From contig JBLINS010000001.1 of assembly GCA_047639455.1 (NCBI GenBank), positions 179 to 64,178 of the forward strand: a stretch of 64,000 nt of DNA, read 5' to 3'. How positions within the stretch are numbered: position 1 is the stretch's first letter; the number at the start of each line of letters is the position of its first letter. This document shows, one piece after another, positions 39,731 through 49,222 of the stretch. The position numbers and the translations under genes are program-made. The notes beneath the pieces are model-generated. The model made no database searches and was not told where the DNA came from. It saw only the letters and a program-made list of their open reading frames with translations. This stretch comes from Candidatus Omnitrophota bacterium (GTDB lineage Bacteria; Omnitrophota; Gorgyraeia; 2-02-FULL-51-18; JAGOUK01).

Positions 39731-39815
39731 AAAGCGGTTAACCCATTAAGAGTTTAGGCTGTTTAAAACCTCGCGGTGTTAATGACGCAGGCTTTATAAA
39801 ATGGAATTCTAAAAA
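39731..39815. repeat. Second copy of the array leader plus one degenerate unit
   Basis: AAAGCGGTTAACCCATTAAGAGTTTAGGCTGTTTAAAACCT identical to 39415-39455. Confidence 0.85.
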
Positions 39816-39836
39816 CTTGTAGTTGAAGCTGTGAAT

Positions 39837-41291
39837 TTATTGAGTTGGGATTGGGTTTGGTCCGGAGACCGCGGCTTGTTGTTGGGCGAGTAATTCGTAT
39901 TTTTTAGGGAAGAGGCCTTGCATGGCTTTGGTATTGACGCTTAGTTTTTCGAAGAGTGAGGTGATATTAGCTTCAAAGACTTCGACTTCATAATTGAATT
40001 TGAGTTCTTTTTGGAGCTCATCTTTTTTGCTGTCCCATAATGATTCAATCGGATCACCTATGCGGCGTATATTAAAAAGAGCGTATCCGGATTGGATGCG
40101 TATGGGTTGCGAAATTTCGTTATAGGCGAGTTCACTGAGTGCTTTGTTGATGCCGGGGATTTGGCCTATGCCATTGATTTCTTGGTCGGGTTGATATCCG
40201 TCTAGGGCAGTGATGGTTTTGCCCAGATCGTCCGCAGCGGATTCAAAACCTTTTTCTTTAGCTGACGTGTAGAATTGATTAGCTTCGTCCTTTAGGGCTT
40301 TGGATTTCTTTTTTTGAGTTAAGTCATTGATTAAGATATTGCGCGCGTCGTCTAGTGACATGGGTGCTTGTTTTTGTTTGATGATGAGTTCAAAGAGATA
40401 TTGTTTACCATCGTGCGCTAACCATTCAGTGTGGTCGCCCGGATTAGACAATGCGAAGATCGCTTGAGATAATTCTGGGGCAATACCAATATTGGGAATG
40501 GCGTCATTGCGGCCAAAGAAAGGCGTTCGACTTCCAGTGTCATGAATCAACTCATGTAATACATCCCCATCAGCAGGTGCGGTTACGCCATCAGGCAATA
40601 CTACAATGGAAACTTGGATCATTTCGGGAGACAATAGTCTGTCCTTGATCCAATCGTAGTATTGTTCTAACTCTTCATCCGTAACCTCAGGCACTTCTGA
40701 TATTTCTGTGGATAAAAATGTTAAATAATCAATGTCACGCAGGACAAAGCGTGAATTGAATAGTTCGCGGATTTTATCATCCGTTATATCCGCATCACCA
40801 CGCATATTGTCTCTAACTTTCTGCAGAGCCATAAAGTCCCTGACATCTTCTTCGAAAGACCTTGGCTCAACGCGTAAATATTGTTTGAGAACTTGATCGT
40901 AAAAAGCTGGGTCAAAGGACTCACCTTTATTAAAGAAGACTTTTTGGGTTTGTAGCCATTCAATAACTTCAGTATTGCTAATCTTAATATTGCGATTTTT
41001 AGCTTCGTGAACTAATAATATGCGTTGCCAGGTGAGTTCTTCAAAGTCGGCTTGGGCTGATAGTAAGTTGGGATCAATTTGGTGAAATAATTCTAATTCG
41101 CGGCGCAAGGCATTGTAGTTATCAATAAAGGCTTGTGTCGAAACCTTCTTTTTACCTATAGACCCGGCAACCTTAGAACCGCCAAGTCCGTCGAGAGAGA
41201 CGCCAAATAGCAAAAAGCCAGGGATAATCAGGCAAGCAGCCCCTATAACAACAAATCTTTGAGTTTTTTTATGCCGCAACCATTTAATCAT
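39837..41291 (-). CDS. SurA N-terminal/PpiD-like periplasmic chaperone
   Basis: N-terminal TM, SurA_N helical domain (LVHEAK..NIKIS..EV), degenerate parvulin-like repeats. Confidence 0.8.
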   Translation of the reverse strand: MIKWLRHKKTQRFVVIGAACLIIPGFLLFGVSLDGLGGSKVAGSIGKKKVSTQAFIDNYNALRRELELFHQIDPNLLSAQADFEELTWQRILLVHEAKNRNIKISNTEVIEWLQTQKVFFNKGESFDPAFYDQVLKQYLRVEPRSFEEDVRDFMALQKVRDNMRGDADITDDKIRELFNSRFVLRDIDYLTFLSTEISEVPEVTDEELEQYYDWIKDRLLSPEMIQVSIVVLPDGVTAPADGDVLHELIHDTGSRTPFFGRNDAIPNIGIAPELSQAIFALSNPGDHTEWLAHDGKQYLFELIIKQKQAPMSLDDARNILINDLTQKKKSKALKDEANQFYTSAKEKGFESAADDLGKTITALDGYQPDQEINGIGQIPGINKALSELAYNEISQPIRIQSGYALFNIRRIGDPIESLWDSKKDELQKELKFNYEVEVFEANITSLFEKLSVNTKAMQGLFPKKYELLAQQQAAVSGPNPIPTQ

Positions 41292-41393
41292 CGGAAAATT
41301 ATAGCATACGGACGCTAATTAAACCGTTGTTTTTAGTGCGAAATAAAATATTTTTTGATTAGCGGGGGTATGCCCACAATCAGATTACACCCA

Positions 41394-41525
41394 CGTCATT
41401 GCGAGTTACGCGTAGCAGTAACGCGGCAATCTAGGGTAAATTAGATTCTGGACGTCAGATATCAATGGATTTGGGTAGTTATTAGACCTAGATTACCGCG
41501 GCCACAAAACGGCCTCGTAATGACG
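41394..41525. repeat. CGTC-type repeat doublet
   Basis: CGTCATTGCGAG...GCGGCAATCTAG / CTAGATTACCGCG...CTCGTAATGACG. Confidence 0.8.
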
Positions 41526-41614
41526 GGGTGCTGTGACATGCATGGTATTTGGTTGCGGGGTGTGGTTGATTAATAGTACAGAAACTAAGTTAAATTAAGC
41601 AATAATAAGTATAA

Positions 41615-41643
41615 TTGACGCATACTTTCGAGGATGATACAAT
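41615..41643 (+). promoter_or_regulatory. Sigma70-type promoter of hisG
   Basis: TTGACG-17 bp-TACAAT with extended TG. Confidence 0.65.
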
Positions 41644-41817
41644 CTTATTTCACTGATTTATAGCTTTGCGGACAATCTTTTGGAATGCGCATTTAAATCT
41701 TTCATATTCTTATAATTTATATATAATAGGGCTCTTTTCATTGAGCACCCCACCTTTATTTTAAGGCGCTTTTGGGGTTATTTTAATAGATAATTAAACA
41801 TTTGATACAGGAAACAT

Positions 41818-42708
41818 ATGGCAAAGCAGGCAGAATTTAAACTGAAATTCGGTTTACCATCAGGCTCCTTACAGGAAGCCACCATAAAGATGTTAAGCAG
41901 AGCTGGGTTTAAGGTGAGTGTGAGATCACGCTCTTATTTTCCTTCTATAGACGACCATGAATTAGACCCTGTTTTATTACGCGCACAAGAAATGTCTCGT
42001 TATGTTGAGCAAGGAGCGCTGGATTGCGGTATAACGGGTGAGGATTGGATACTCGAAAATGGCTCGGATGTTGTCCGTATTCAAGATATGGTTTATGGCA
42101 AAACGGGCCGCAGTCCAGTTCGTTGGGTTTTGGCTGTGCCTAATGAATCCAAAATAAAGTCGATTAAAGACCTTAAGGGTAAGCGCATTGCGACAGAGCT
42201 CAAGGGGTTTACCCAAGCATATTTTAAAAAACATGGCGTGCCAGTAGATGTTGAGTTTTCTTGGGGCGCTACTGAAGTTAAAGTTGGTTACGGTTTAGTT
42301 GACGCAATTGTTGATATCACTGAAACGGGATCGTCTTTGAGAGCGAATAATTTACGTATTGTGGAAACGCTTTGTCACTCGACTACCAAATTCATTGCGA
42401 ATAAGGCAGCTTGGGATAATCCAAAGAAGCGCAAAAAAATCGAAGCCATGGCGCTTCTTTTCAAAAGTGCCATTGAAGCTCAAAGTAAAGTTGGCCTTAA
42501 GATGAATGTTGAAGCTAAAGACTTGGATAAGATTTTGAAAAAATTACCGGCTTTAAAAAAGCCAACGGTGGCTGAATTGTCAGCTAAAGGTTGGCTAGAT
42601 GTAGACACTATCGTTGATGATAGTGAGGTTAAGCACTTAATACCGGCACTCAAAGCTGCTGGTGCATCTGGCATTATTGAGTATCCTCTTAATAAAGTAG
42701 TTGATTGA
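41818..42708 (+). CDS. hisG: ATP phosphoribosyltransferase, long form
   Basis: LPSGSL, GITGEDW, IATE, GATE, DITETGSSL, C-terminal regulatory domain. Confidence 0.95.
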   Translation: MAKQAEFKLKFGLPSGSLQEATIKMLSRAGFKVSVRSRSYFPSIDDHELDPVLLRAQEMSRYVEQGALDCGITGEDWILENGSDVVRIQDMVYGKTGRSPVRWVLAVPNESKIKSIKDLKGKRIATELKGFTQAYFKKHGVPVDVEFSWGATEVKVGYGLVDAIVDITETGSSLRANNLRIVETLCHSTTKFIANKAAWDNPKKRKKIEAMALLFKSAIEAQSKVGLKMNVEAKDLDKILKKLPALKKPTVAELSAKGWLDVDTIVDDSEVKHLIPALKAAGASGIIEYPLNKVVD

Positions 42709-42801
42709 TAAAATAATAACCCAGTTCTAAGTATAGCGTCGCACCAAATAATATTTTGATCGAACGCTAACGTATATAGGATTGAACCAAAGGAAAAGCA
42801 T

Positions 42802-42891
42802 ATGCCTTGTGGCAAGAAACGCAAACGTCATAAGATGTCTGTTCACAAACGTCGCAAACGTCGTCGTCGTGATAGACACAAGAAAAAATAA
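42802..42891 (+). CDS. bS22/AURKAIP1(COX24)-like small basic ribosomal protein, MPCGKKRKRHKMSVHKRRKRRRRDRHKKK
   Basis: RBS AAGGA; typical KKRKRHKM..HK..KR....RHKK pattern; below the ORF-track size cutoff. Confidence 0.85.
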   Translation: MPCGKKRKRHKMSVHKRRKRRRRDRHKKK

Positions 42892-42973
42892 ATCGCATTT
42901 AGATGATTAATTGGCTTGGACAAATACGCTTTGTCCAAGCCAGAAGTGCATTCTCAAGATTGAAAGGTTGCCT

Positions 42974-44488
42974 TTGAAAGAGAAAACTTCGATTATCATA
43001 TCTTGTCTAGCTGGAGCGCTTTTTTCAATTGGCTTATTGTGGTTGAATTCTCACCCAATGTCATTTGGAATTAAAGGCGGTTTGCACAAGATTAGTACGC
43101 CTATAAATCTCAGCCAAGAGCAGCATAACAAATCCAAAGCTTATGCAAACTTTGTTATGGGACTTTTGTATGAAAAAAAAGGCGACTCAGCCCGCGCCGC
43201 TCAAAAGTTTAAATCCACAACTCAATTGGACCCAAAGGCCACATTAGCCAAAATTCATTATGGCGTGATGCTCACACATATGGGCATGCAGGCTAAAGCT
43301 GATCGCGTCTTAGATGAGGCTACCGCACTTAGTGATAAACGTTTTCATACGCGTGCATTAGCGGCGCTTATATTTGTAAGCCAAGGCAGATATGATGACG
43401 CTATCCGACAATTAACTTTAGCGCATGAAGAAAACCCTGAAGATGCGTTTGTGATTTCTTCATTAGCTGAAATATACGTTGTGTCTAATCGACTTTCTGA
43501 TGCCATTGATTCCTTTAATCAATTACTCATAGTCAAACCTAATTCAGCCATAACTTATTTTAATCTAGCTATCATTGAATCTAGATTGAGACGTTTGGAT
43601 GATGCTGCAAGTCATTTACTTAAGGCCATAGATTTGGACCCAAATTCTTTAAAAGCTTGGGTGGCATTGGGTTTGATATACGAAAAACAAGACAATGTAG
43701 CCTTGGCGGTTGACGCCTATGAAAAGGCTCTCAAGCTCACGCCCATAGATCCGCGCGTATATCATAATTTAGCGCGGCTCCATAATAAACAAAATGACAC
43801 AAATGCTGCGTTAAGTCAGTACGAAGCTGCCTTGGCTTATAATCCAAAAGATGTGGACGCAGCCCTAGACGCAGCTCTGTTGTGCATTCAGTTGCAAAAG
43901 ACCGAAGAAGCTATGCGATTTCTAAACATACCCTTGGCGAATGGAATGCAACACCACAAAATTTATTTCATGATGGGTTATATTCAATCTGAAACCAAAG
44001 TATTCGACCAAGCTATTAAGTATTATCTCCGATCTCTAGAGCTGAATCCAAACTTTGCTGAAACATATTTCTATTTAGGTGTATTATATGATGACATTAA
44101 CGATATAGATAAAGCTCTAGTATATTTACAAAGAGCAATAGAGCTTGATCCTTGGAATGCAGAAGCATACAATTATTTAGGTTTCTTATTAGTTGAGACA
44201 GGTTCAGATTTAAATCTCGCCGTTGAATACATAAGCAAGGCTCTAAAACTCGAACCGCGGAATGCATCTTTTGCTGATTCCCTTGGTTGGGCATATTATA
44301 AGAAAGGTTTATACAATCAGGCTGTTGCACAGCTCGAAAAGGCCGTGGCCATTGATGGCGGTGATATTGTGATTCGCCAACATTTGGTTGACGCCTACGG
44401 CAAGCTTGGTGAGAAGAATAAAGCGTTAGAATTAATTAATCAAGACCCTAGTGTCAAAGATCAAAATTTATCAGTATTAGCTTTATAA
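42974..44488 (+). CDS. Membrane-anchored multi-TPR protein
   Basis: TTG after AAAGG; many TPRs; NYLG, DSLGWAYY. Confidence 0.85.
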   Translation: MKEKTSIIISCLAGALFSIGLLWLNSHPMSFGIKGGLHKISTPINLSQEQHNKSKAYANFVMGLLYEKKGDSARAAQKFKSTTQLDPKATLAKIHYGVMLTHMGMQAKADRVLDEATALSDKRFHTRALAALIFVSQGRYDDAIRQLTLAHEENPEDAFVISSLAEIYVVSNRLSDAIDSFNQLLIVKPNSAITYFNLAIIESRLRRLDDAASHLLKAIDLDPNSLKAWVALGLIYEKQDNVALAVDAYEKALKLTPIDPRVYHNLARLHNKQNDTNAALSQYEAALAYNPKDVDAALDAALLCIQLQKTEEAMRFLNIPLANGMQHHKIYFMMGYIQSETKVFDQAIKYYLRSLELNPNFAETYFYLGVLYDDINDIDKALVYLQRAIELDPWNAEAYNYLGFLLVETGSDLNLAVEYISKALKLEPRNASFADSLGWAYYKKGLYNQAVAQLEKAVAIDGGDIVIRQHLVDAYGKLGEKNKALELINQDPSVKDQNLSVLAL

Positions 44489-44508
44489 AAAGGAGAGGTT
44501 AGTAATAT

Positions 44509-46152
44509 ATGTGGAAACGAAGAATGAAGTATTTTTTTATTAAGCATTGGATCAAACTCGCTGTTGTGATTGCATTGGCATTTTCGATTGCATTACCTTG
44601 GGCTGTATTAGGCCGCATTGATTCTTATCAAAGAATATATTTAATGGCATGGTTGTCGATTATGCCCATTCAATCCATAGTGTCTGCGGCTATATTTGTT
44701 GTGCTGCTTTATTGGTTGCATTATGGCGGTGGTTTTCAAAAAATTAAGAAAAAAAATATCAATGCATCCTTGGTGAATATTCATTGGGAAGATGTTATTG
44801 GTATGGAACAACCCAAATTAGAAGCTAAAGAAATCGTGAAGCTCATCAAGGACCATTTAAAAGTAGAAAAAATAGGCGGCAAAATGTTGCGTGGCCTATT
44901 GATGATGGGACCTCCAGGTTGCGGTAAAACCTATTTAGCTAAGGCTATTGCGACTGAATCTGGCGTGCCATTTTTGTCTATGTCGGGTGCTGAATTCGTT
45001 GAGATGTTTGTAGGTGTGGGAGCATCACGCGTGCGCCAAATCTTTAAGACAGCTCGCATGCAAGCCGATGAACATGGCGGCTGTATTATATTCCTAGACG
45101 AAATGGACACCATTGGTCGTCGACGTGTTTTTAACGCCTTTGGTGGTAGTGAAGAAACAAATTCCACATTGAATCAATTACTTGCAGAAATGGATGGGTT
45201 GTCTGATTCATCTAGCAATATTGTGGTGATTGGTGCTACGAATGCGGGTGAAGAAACATTAGATGAGGCTTTATTGCGTCCAGGCCGTTTTGACCGTAAG
45301 GTTATGGTCCAAAAGCCCGACGCCACTGAACGTGAAGCTATACTTAAATTCTATTTGAATAAAATCACATATGATAAAACCATGGATATTGCACGCATAG
45401 CTCGTAAAGCTATATATAAGACTCCATCGGACTTAAATAATATCGTTCAAGAGGCCGCTTTGATTTCTGCTCGTGAAGATAAAAAGACAGTCGACTATAA
45501 AGACATCATGAATGCAATGGACCGCATAGACTTGGGCTTTAAGCATAGGCTCAAAATGACTGATAGAGAAAGAACTATGACGGCTTATCATGAAGCTGGT
45601 CACGCAGTTGCGCTTTATTACTTACATCCAGAAAAAGAAGCCAATTATGCGACGATTATCAGCCGTGGTGGTGCGCTCGGACATGTGCAGCCCTTAAATA
45701 TCTCAGAATTATATTCACAAGATAGTGAGCATTTGATTGCCGAAATTAAAGTCGCCTTAGCGGGTTATGTTGCTGAGAAAACTAAGTTTGGCGTCACCAC
45801 TAATGGCGTATCAAGTGATTTTAAAGCTGCGATGTTTTATGCTCATAATATGGTGTGGAGATATGGTATGGGTGCAAGTGGCCTGGTTGGTGACTATACG
45901 GCCATTCCTAAGACACAAATCTCTGATGATATTAAGAACAAACTAAACGCTGACACGCAAGTCATGATTGACACCTCGTTAAAAGAGGTTGAAGAATTAT
46001 TGACTACTGAAAGTAATGTGTTTGATAAATTTGCTCAAGAATTATTATCCAAAGAAGAGTTGGATTATGACACCATCGTTGAGATCTTCAAAACAAACGG
46101 TGGTGATAGAGTGCGCAAACTGCGTAATAAACCTGGTGAAGCAATCGAATAA
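44509..46152 (+). CDS. ftsH: FtsH-family AAA+ zinc metalloprotease
   Basis: 2 TMs, GPPGCGKT, FVGVGASRVR, LLRPGRFDR, HEAGH. Confidence 0.9.
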   Translation: MWKRRMKYFFIKHWIKLAVVIALAFSIALPWAVLGRIDSYQRIYLMAWLSIMPIQSIVSAAIFVVLLYWLHYGGGFQKIKKKNINASLVNIHWEDVIGMEQPKLEAKEIVKLIKDHLKVEKIGGKMLRGLLMMGPPGCGKTYLAKAIATESGVPFLSMSGAEFVEMFVGVGASRVRQIFKTARMQADEHGGCIIFLDEMDTIGRRRVFNAFGGSEETNSTLNQLLAEMDGLSDSSSNIVVIGATNAGEETLDEALLRPGRFDRKVMVQKPDATEREAILKFYLNKITYDKTMDIARIARKAIYKTPSDLNNIVQEAALISAREDKKTVDYKDIMNAMDRIDLGFKHRLKMTDRERTMTAYHEAGHAVALYYLHPEKEANYATIISRGGALGHVQPLNISELYSQDSEHLIAEIKVALAGYVAEKTKFGVTTNGVSSDFKAAMFYAHNMVWRYGMGASGLVGDYTAIPKTQISDDIKNKLNADTQVMIDTSLKEVEELLTTESNVFDKFAQELLSKEELDYDTIVEIFKTNGGDRVRKLRNKPGEAIE

Positions 46153-47116
46153 GCCTTTTCTTAATTTACTCTCGCTAAGCCTATGTTTATCGCTCATTGC
46201 CCTATCGGGATGCGCTGTTGAACCTTCGTTTCCTGGGAGCCAAATTGAAGAAAAGATCAAATCCATTTGTAAGGAATTGTACGGCTTAGATGTTTTGAGC
46301 CAAAATGCTGGCGGAACCATTGGTGCCATGCTCTATTTAGATAGCATGCTGGATGAAGCTGGCACACAAATCCCCAAGGATATCCACGTAAAATTAGGTA
46401 ATTTAACTTCTGTTGTTTCGCGTGTAGCCCTATCAACTGATCAAGACATTAACTTCATCGTCGTAGGTATACGTGGTCGTAGTGAGGGTATTGAATTGCT
46501 GATTATTCGCAATATTTATGACATCAAAAAAGCGCAAACCGAAGCTTTGTCGATTACTGAATCGATGAAGCGGACTGTCTTCAAGCAATCGCGCTACGAT
46601 GTTAAAGATGTTAAGGGTGAGGTGTTTGAATTAAAGGACCTTTCTTTAGAGGACTTTGTTATTCAGCAGATTTTGCAGAGAGTCCGCTATGCTGACGATG
46701 GCAAAACTGAGAAAAAAGATGATGATGAGGAAGAGGCGCCAGCTCCAGAAGCACCTCAAGAGCTCTTTGATGGTAGACATATCGAAACATCTGAAGGAAT
46801 TGTATTCGACCTCTCATTATTATCTTTTGATACCAATAACTCATTAAGTAAATTGCAGCAAATGCTTATCGATAGTAAAGACGTTTTTGAGGGTTATAAA
46901 TTCAAAGATTATGACAAACTAATTGTTCGTGATCTTTTGAATGGCCGTAAAGTCGAGCTTGATAGGCAGACTATGGATATGTACATCAGTAAACAAATTA
47001 CTATCGAAAGCATTATGGATCAATACTTGGAAATGGACACGAATCGATCATCTATGTTCAAGAATGCTTTAGAGGTATTCGGCGTTGATGGCATTACCTC
47101 GAATGCCCAAAAGTAA
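46136..47116 (+). CDS. Hypothetical lipoprotein
   Basis: GTG overlapping the ftsH end; lipobox LSGC. Confidence 0.7.
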   Translation: MKQSNKPFLNLLSLSLCLSLIALSGCAVEPSFPGSQIEEKIKSICKELYGLDVLSQNAGGTIGAMLYLDSMLDEAGTQIPKDIHVKLGNLTSVVSRVALSTDQDINFIVVGIRGRSEGIELLIIRNIYDIKKAQTEALSITESMKRTVFKQSRYDVKDVKGEVFELKDLSLEDFVIQQILQRVRYADDGKTEKKDDDEEEAPAPEAPQELFDGRHIETSEGIVFDLSLLSFDTNNSLSKLQQMLIDSKDVFEGYKFKDYDKLIVRDLLNGRKVELDRQTMDMYISKQITIESIMDQYLEMDTNRSSMFKNALEVFGVDGITSNAQK

Positions 47117-47975
47117 GTACACCCTTCACAAAAAAGCCTATGCCAAAGTTAATTTGGTTCTCAAAGTTTTAAATAAGAGACCCGACGGTTTTAATAATAT
47201 CCAAACATTGTTTGAACGCATCAGCCTCTATGATGAATTATCTTTTGGCCTTAAAAAAGAGGGCATAACTCTCACCACCAATGCTAAGGGGCTGCCCACT
47301 GATTCCAAAAACTTAGTCGTCCAGGCAGCGCTCAAATTGCAATCCGTTTGCAAAGTTAATCGGGGCGCCTATATTCACTTAAAAAAGAATTTGCCTATTG
47401 CCTCTGGAGTTGGCGCGGGTTCGAGTGACGCGGCCGCAACATTAATGGCCCTCAATCAACTTTGGAAACTCAAATTAAGCACTAAGCAATTAGCGCAATT
47501 AGGGTCTGAATTTGGGAGTGATATATCTTTTTTTACATTGAATACACCATTTGCCATTGGCCAAGGACGCGGAGAAAAGCTAAAAGCTCTGAATAGCAAA
47601 AGAAGGTTTCACCACGTATTTTTAACGCCCCGCTTAGAAGTATCTGCGGGCTCTGTTTATAAATCTCTTCGCTCACAGTGGCACACACCTAATGTATCCA
47701 CGACTGAAATAGCACATGGACTCAAATCTGTTACAAACTCGAATGTACGCGATTTTGTGTGGAATATTTTAGAATTACCCATTCTAGCCAAATACCCACA
47801 AATAGGAATACTCAAGCAAGACTTCCTCAAAGCGGGCGCCGATTTCGCCTGCGTATCCGGAAGTGGCCCAACCCTATTCACCATTTGTAATACGCCTAAA
47901 CAAGCTCAAAATATAGCCCATAAACTAAGCCAAACCCACCCCAAAGCCTATATCGCTACTGCCACCACTATGTAA
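47103..47975 (+). CDS. ispE: 4-diphosphocytidyl-2-C-methyl-D-erythritol kinase
   Basis: AKVNL.L, PIASGVGAGSSDAA, GSD, VSGSGPT. Confidence 0.93.
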   Translation: MPKSKYTLHKKAYAKVNLVLKVLNKRPDGFNNIQTLFERISLYDELSFGLKKEGITLTTNAKGLPTDSKNLVVQAALKLQSVCKVNRGAYIHLKKNLPIASGVGAGSSDAAATLMALNQLWKLKLSTKQLAQLGSEFGSDISFFTLNTPFAIGQGRGEKLKALNSKRRFHHVFLTPRLEVSAGSVYKSLRSQWHTPNVSTTEIAHGLKSVTNSNVRDFVWNILELPILAKYPQIGILKQDFLKAGADFACVSGSGPTLFTICNTPKQAQNIAHKLSQTHPKAYIATATTM

Positions 47976-48082
47976 TTCGCGTCCTTCGCAATGATGCTAG
48001 TTAAAAATAATTCAGACACACAGAATTGCACACTCTCAAACTACGGTTTAACGCACCACTTGCTTCTACGATGTTCCGTAAT

Positions 48083-48922
48083 CTAAACTTCGAATGTTTC
48101 TGGGTCTAGGGTCTCGGTGACCTTCATTTCAGACTCAAGTATTGATCCATCTGGATTGTAGGTGATCTTAATCCGCATAGTTGCTTTAGACCAATCCGTT
48201 TCTCCATCTGCAAGTTTGAGCCAAGTTTCGACGTATGTGCCGTCGGGTGCCGTGCTCACGAGCACTAATTCCATACCATCCAAAACAGGCTTTTCGGTCG
48301 ATGTGGTCGTGGTTGTGGCGGAAACCGATTCAATTATGTTCGTTTCAGCTGATGATATGATGAGAATATAGTCATAATTATATTCGGAGTCAGCTGGTGG
48401 ATTGAAATAAGTATTTAACTTTCCATCACTACTTAAGAATTGATTTTTTAATTCCCAGGTCGACAAATCAATTGTTTGTATTTCGGGCTCTACGACAACG
48501 TCAGCCCGCTCCCTCTGTTTTAGAGAGTGATATCGATTTTCAGATTTATGATAGGTTGTTTTTGGGTCGCCATGATAGAGCTTGGCTTCGACTGTATTGA
48601 GATGAGTCTTTTTTATAGGCGTATAGTTAATCGATTTAAATCTGTTACTGCTTATATCATTGAATACATTTTGGCCTAATCGCCGGAGTGATTCGATAAT
48701 CGATTTTGAATTGGCTTTAACTTTAGCCTTATTGCCCAAAGCCGTATTTCTGTCCGATATTTGTTTGATTTTTTTATACTTTTGTAATTGCTTGGGGGTA
48801 TGAATGGGCATTACATTATTTTTATTCTGAACATGCCCTTTGGGACCAGCTATACTTGGACAGGCGATGATTAATGTGCTCAATGTGAAGATTATTGCTG
48901 TGAGTGTTGAGATACGTTTCAC
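48083..48922 (-). CDS. Secreted hypothetical protein with basic N-half and acidic C-half
   Basis: RBS AGAGGTG, GTG start, signal peptide. Confidence 0.7.
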   Translation of the reverse strand: MKRISTLTAIIFTLSTLIIACPSIAGPKGHVQNKNNVMPIHTPKQLQKYKKIKQISDRNTALGNKAKVKANSKSIIESLRRLGQNVFNDISSNRFKSINYTPIKKTHLNTVEAKLYHGDPKTTYHKSENRYHSLKQRERADVVVEPEIQTIDLSTWELKNQFLSSDGKLNTYFNPPADSEYNYDYILIISSAETNIIESVSATTTTTSTEKPVLDGMELVLVSTAPDGTYVETWLKLADGETDWSKATMRIKITYNPDGSILESEMKVTETLDPETFEV

Positions 48923-48934
48923 TTTACACCTCTT

Positions 48935-49030
48935 TTCTATTGGTAGCCTGGCTGACCTTCCTTCATTGTAAGGGGAGGTTCCATGGTTTTGCGTCCCATG
49001 TTTTCACATGGTTTGCCAGCATATAAATGC
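48935..49030 (-). promoter_or_regulatory. c-di-GMP-I (GEMM) riboswitch
   Basis: GGCAAACCATGT-GAAA-ACATGGGACGCAAAACC...CAGCCAGGCTACC directly before the RBS. Confidence 0.85.
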
Positions 49031-49100
49031 TTTTGCTACCCCTGTTAGGGGTTTTTTCTTTAAAAGAGCTTTGAGAGCACCCATATTGTGCCCTAATAAG

Positions 49101-49129
49101 AGTATAGGCGACAAAATAGGAGAATTCAA
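49101..49129 (-). promoter_or_regulatory. Sigma70-type promoter upstream of the riboswitch
   Basis: TTGAAT-17 bp-TATACT on the minus strand. Confidence 0.55.
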
Positions 49130-49222
49130 GGCAACTAATCTAAATATAACCTAAATTAAATCTAAATATTGACTATTATTAAGCAATTCTAAGCAGTGGC
49201 AACTACAGGTGTTGTTTCGGCT

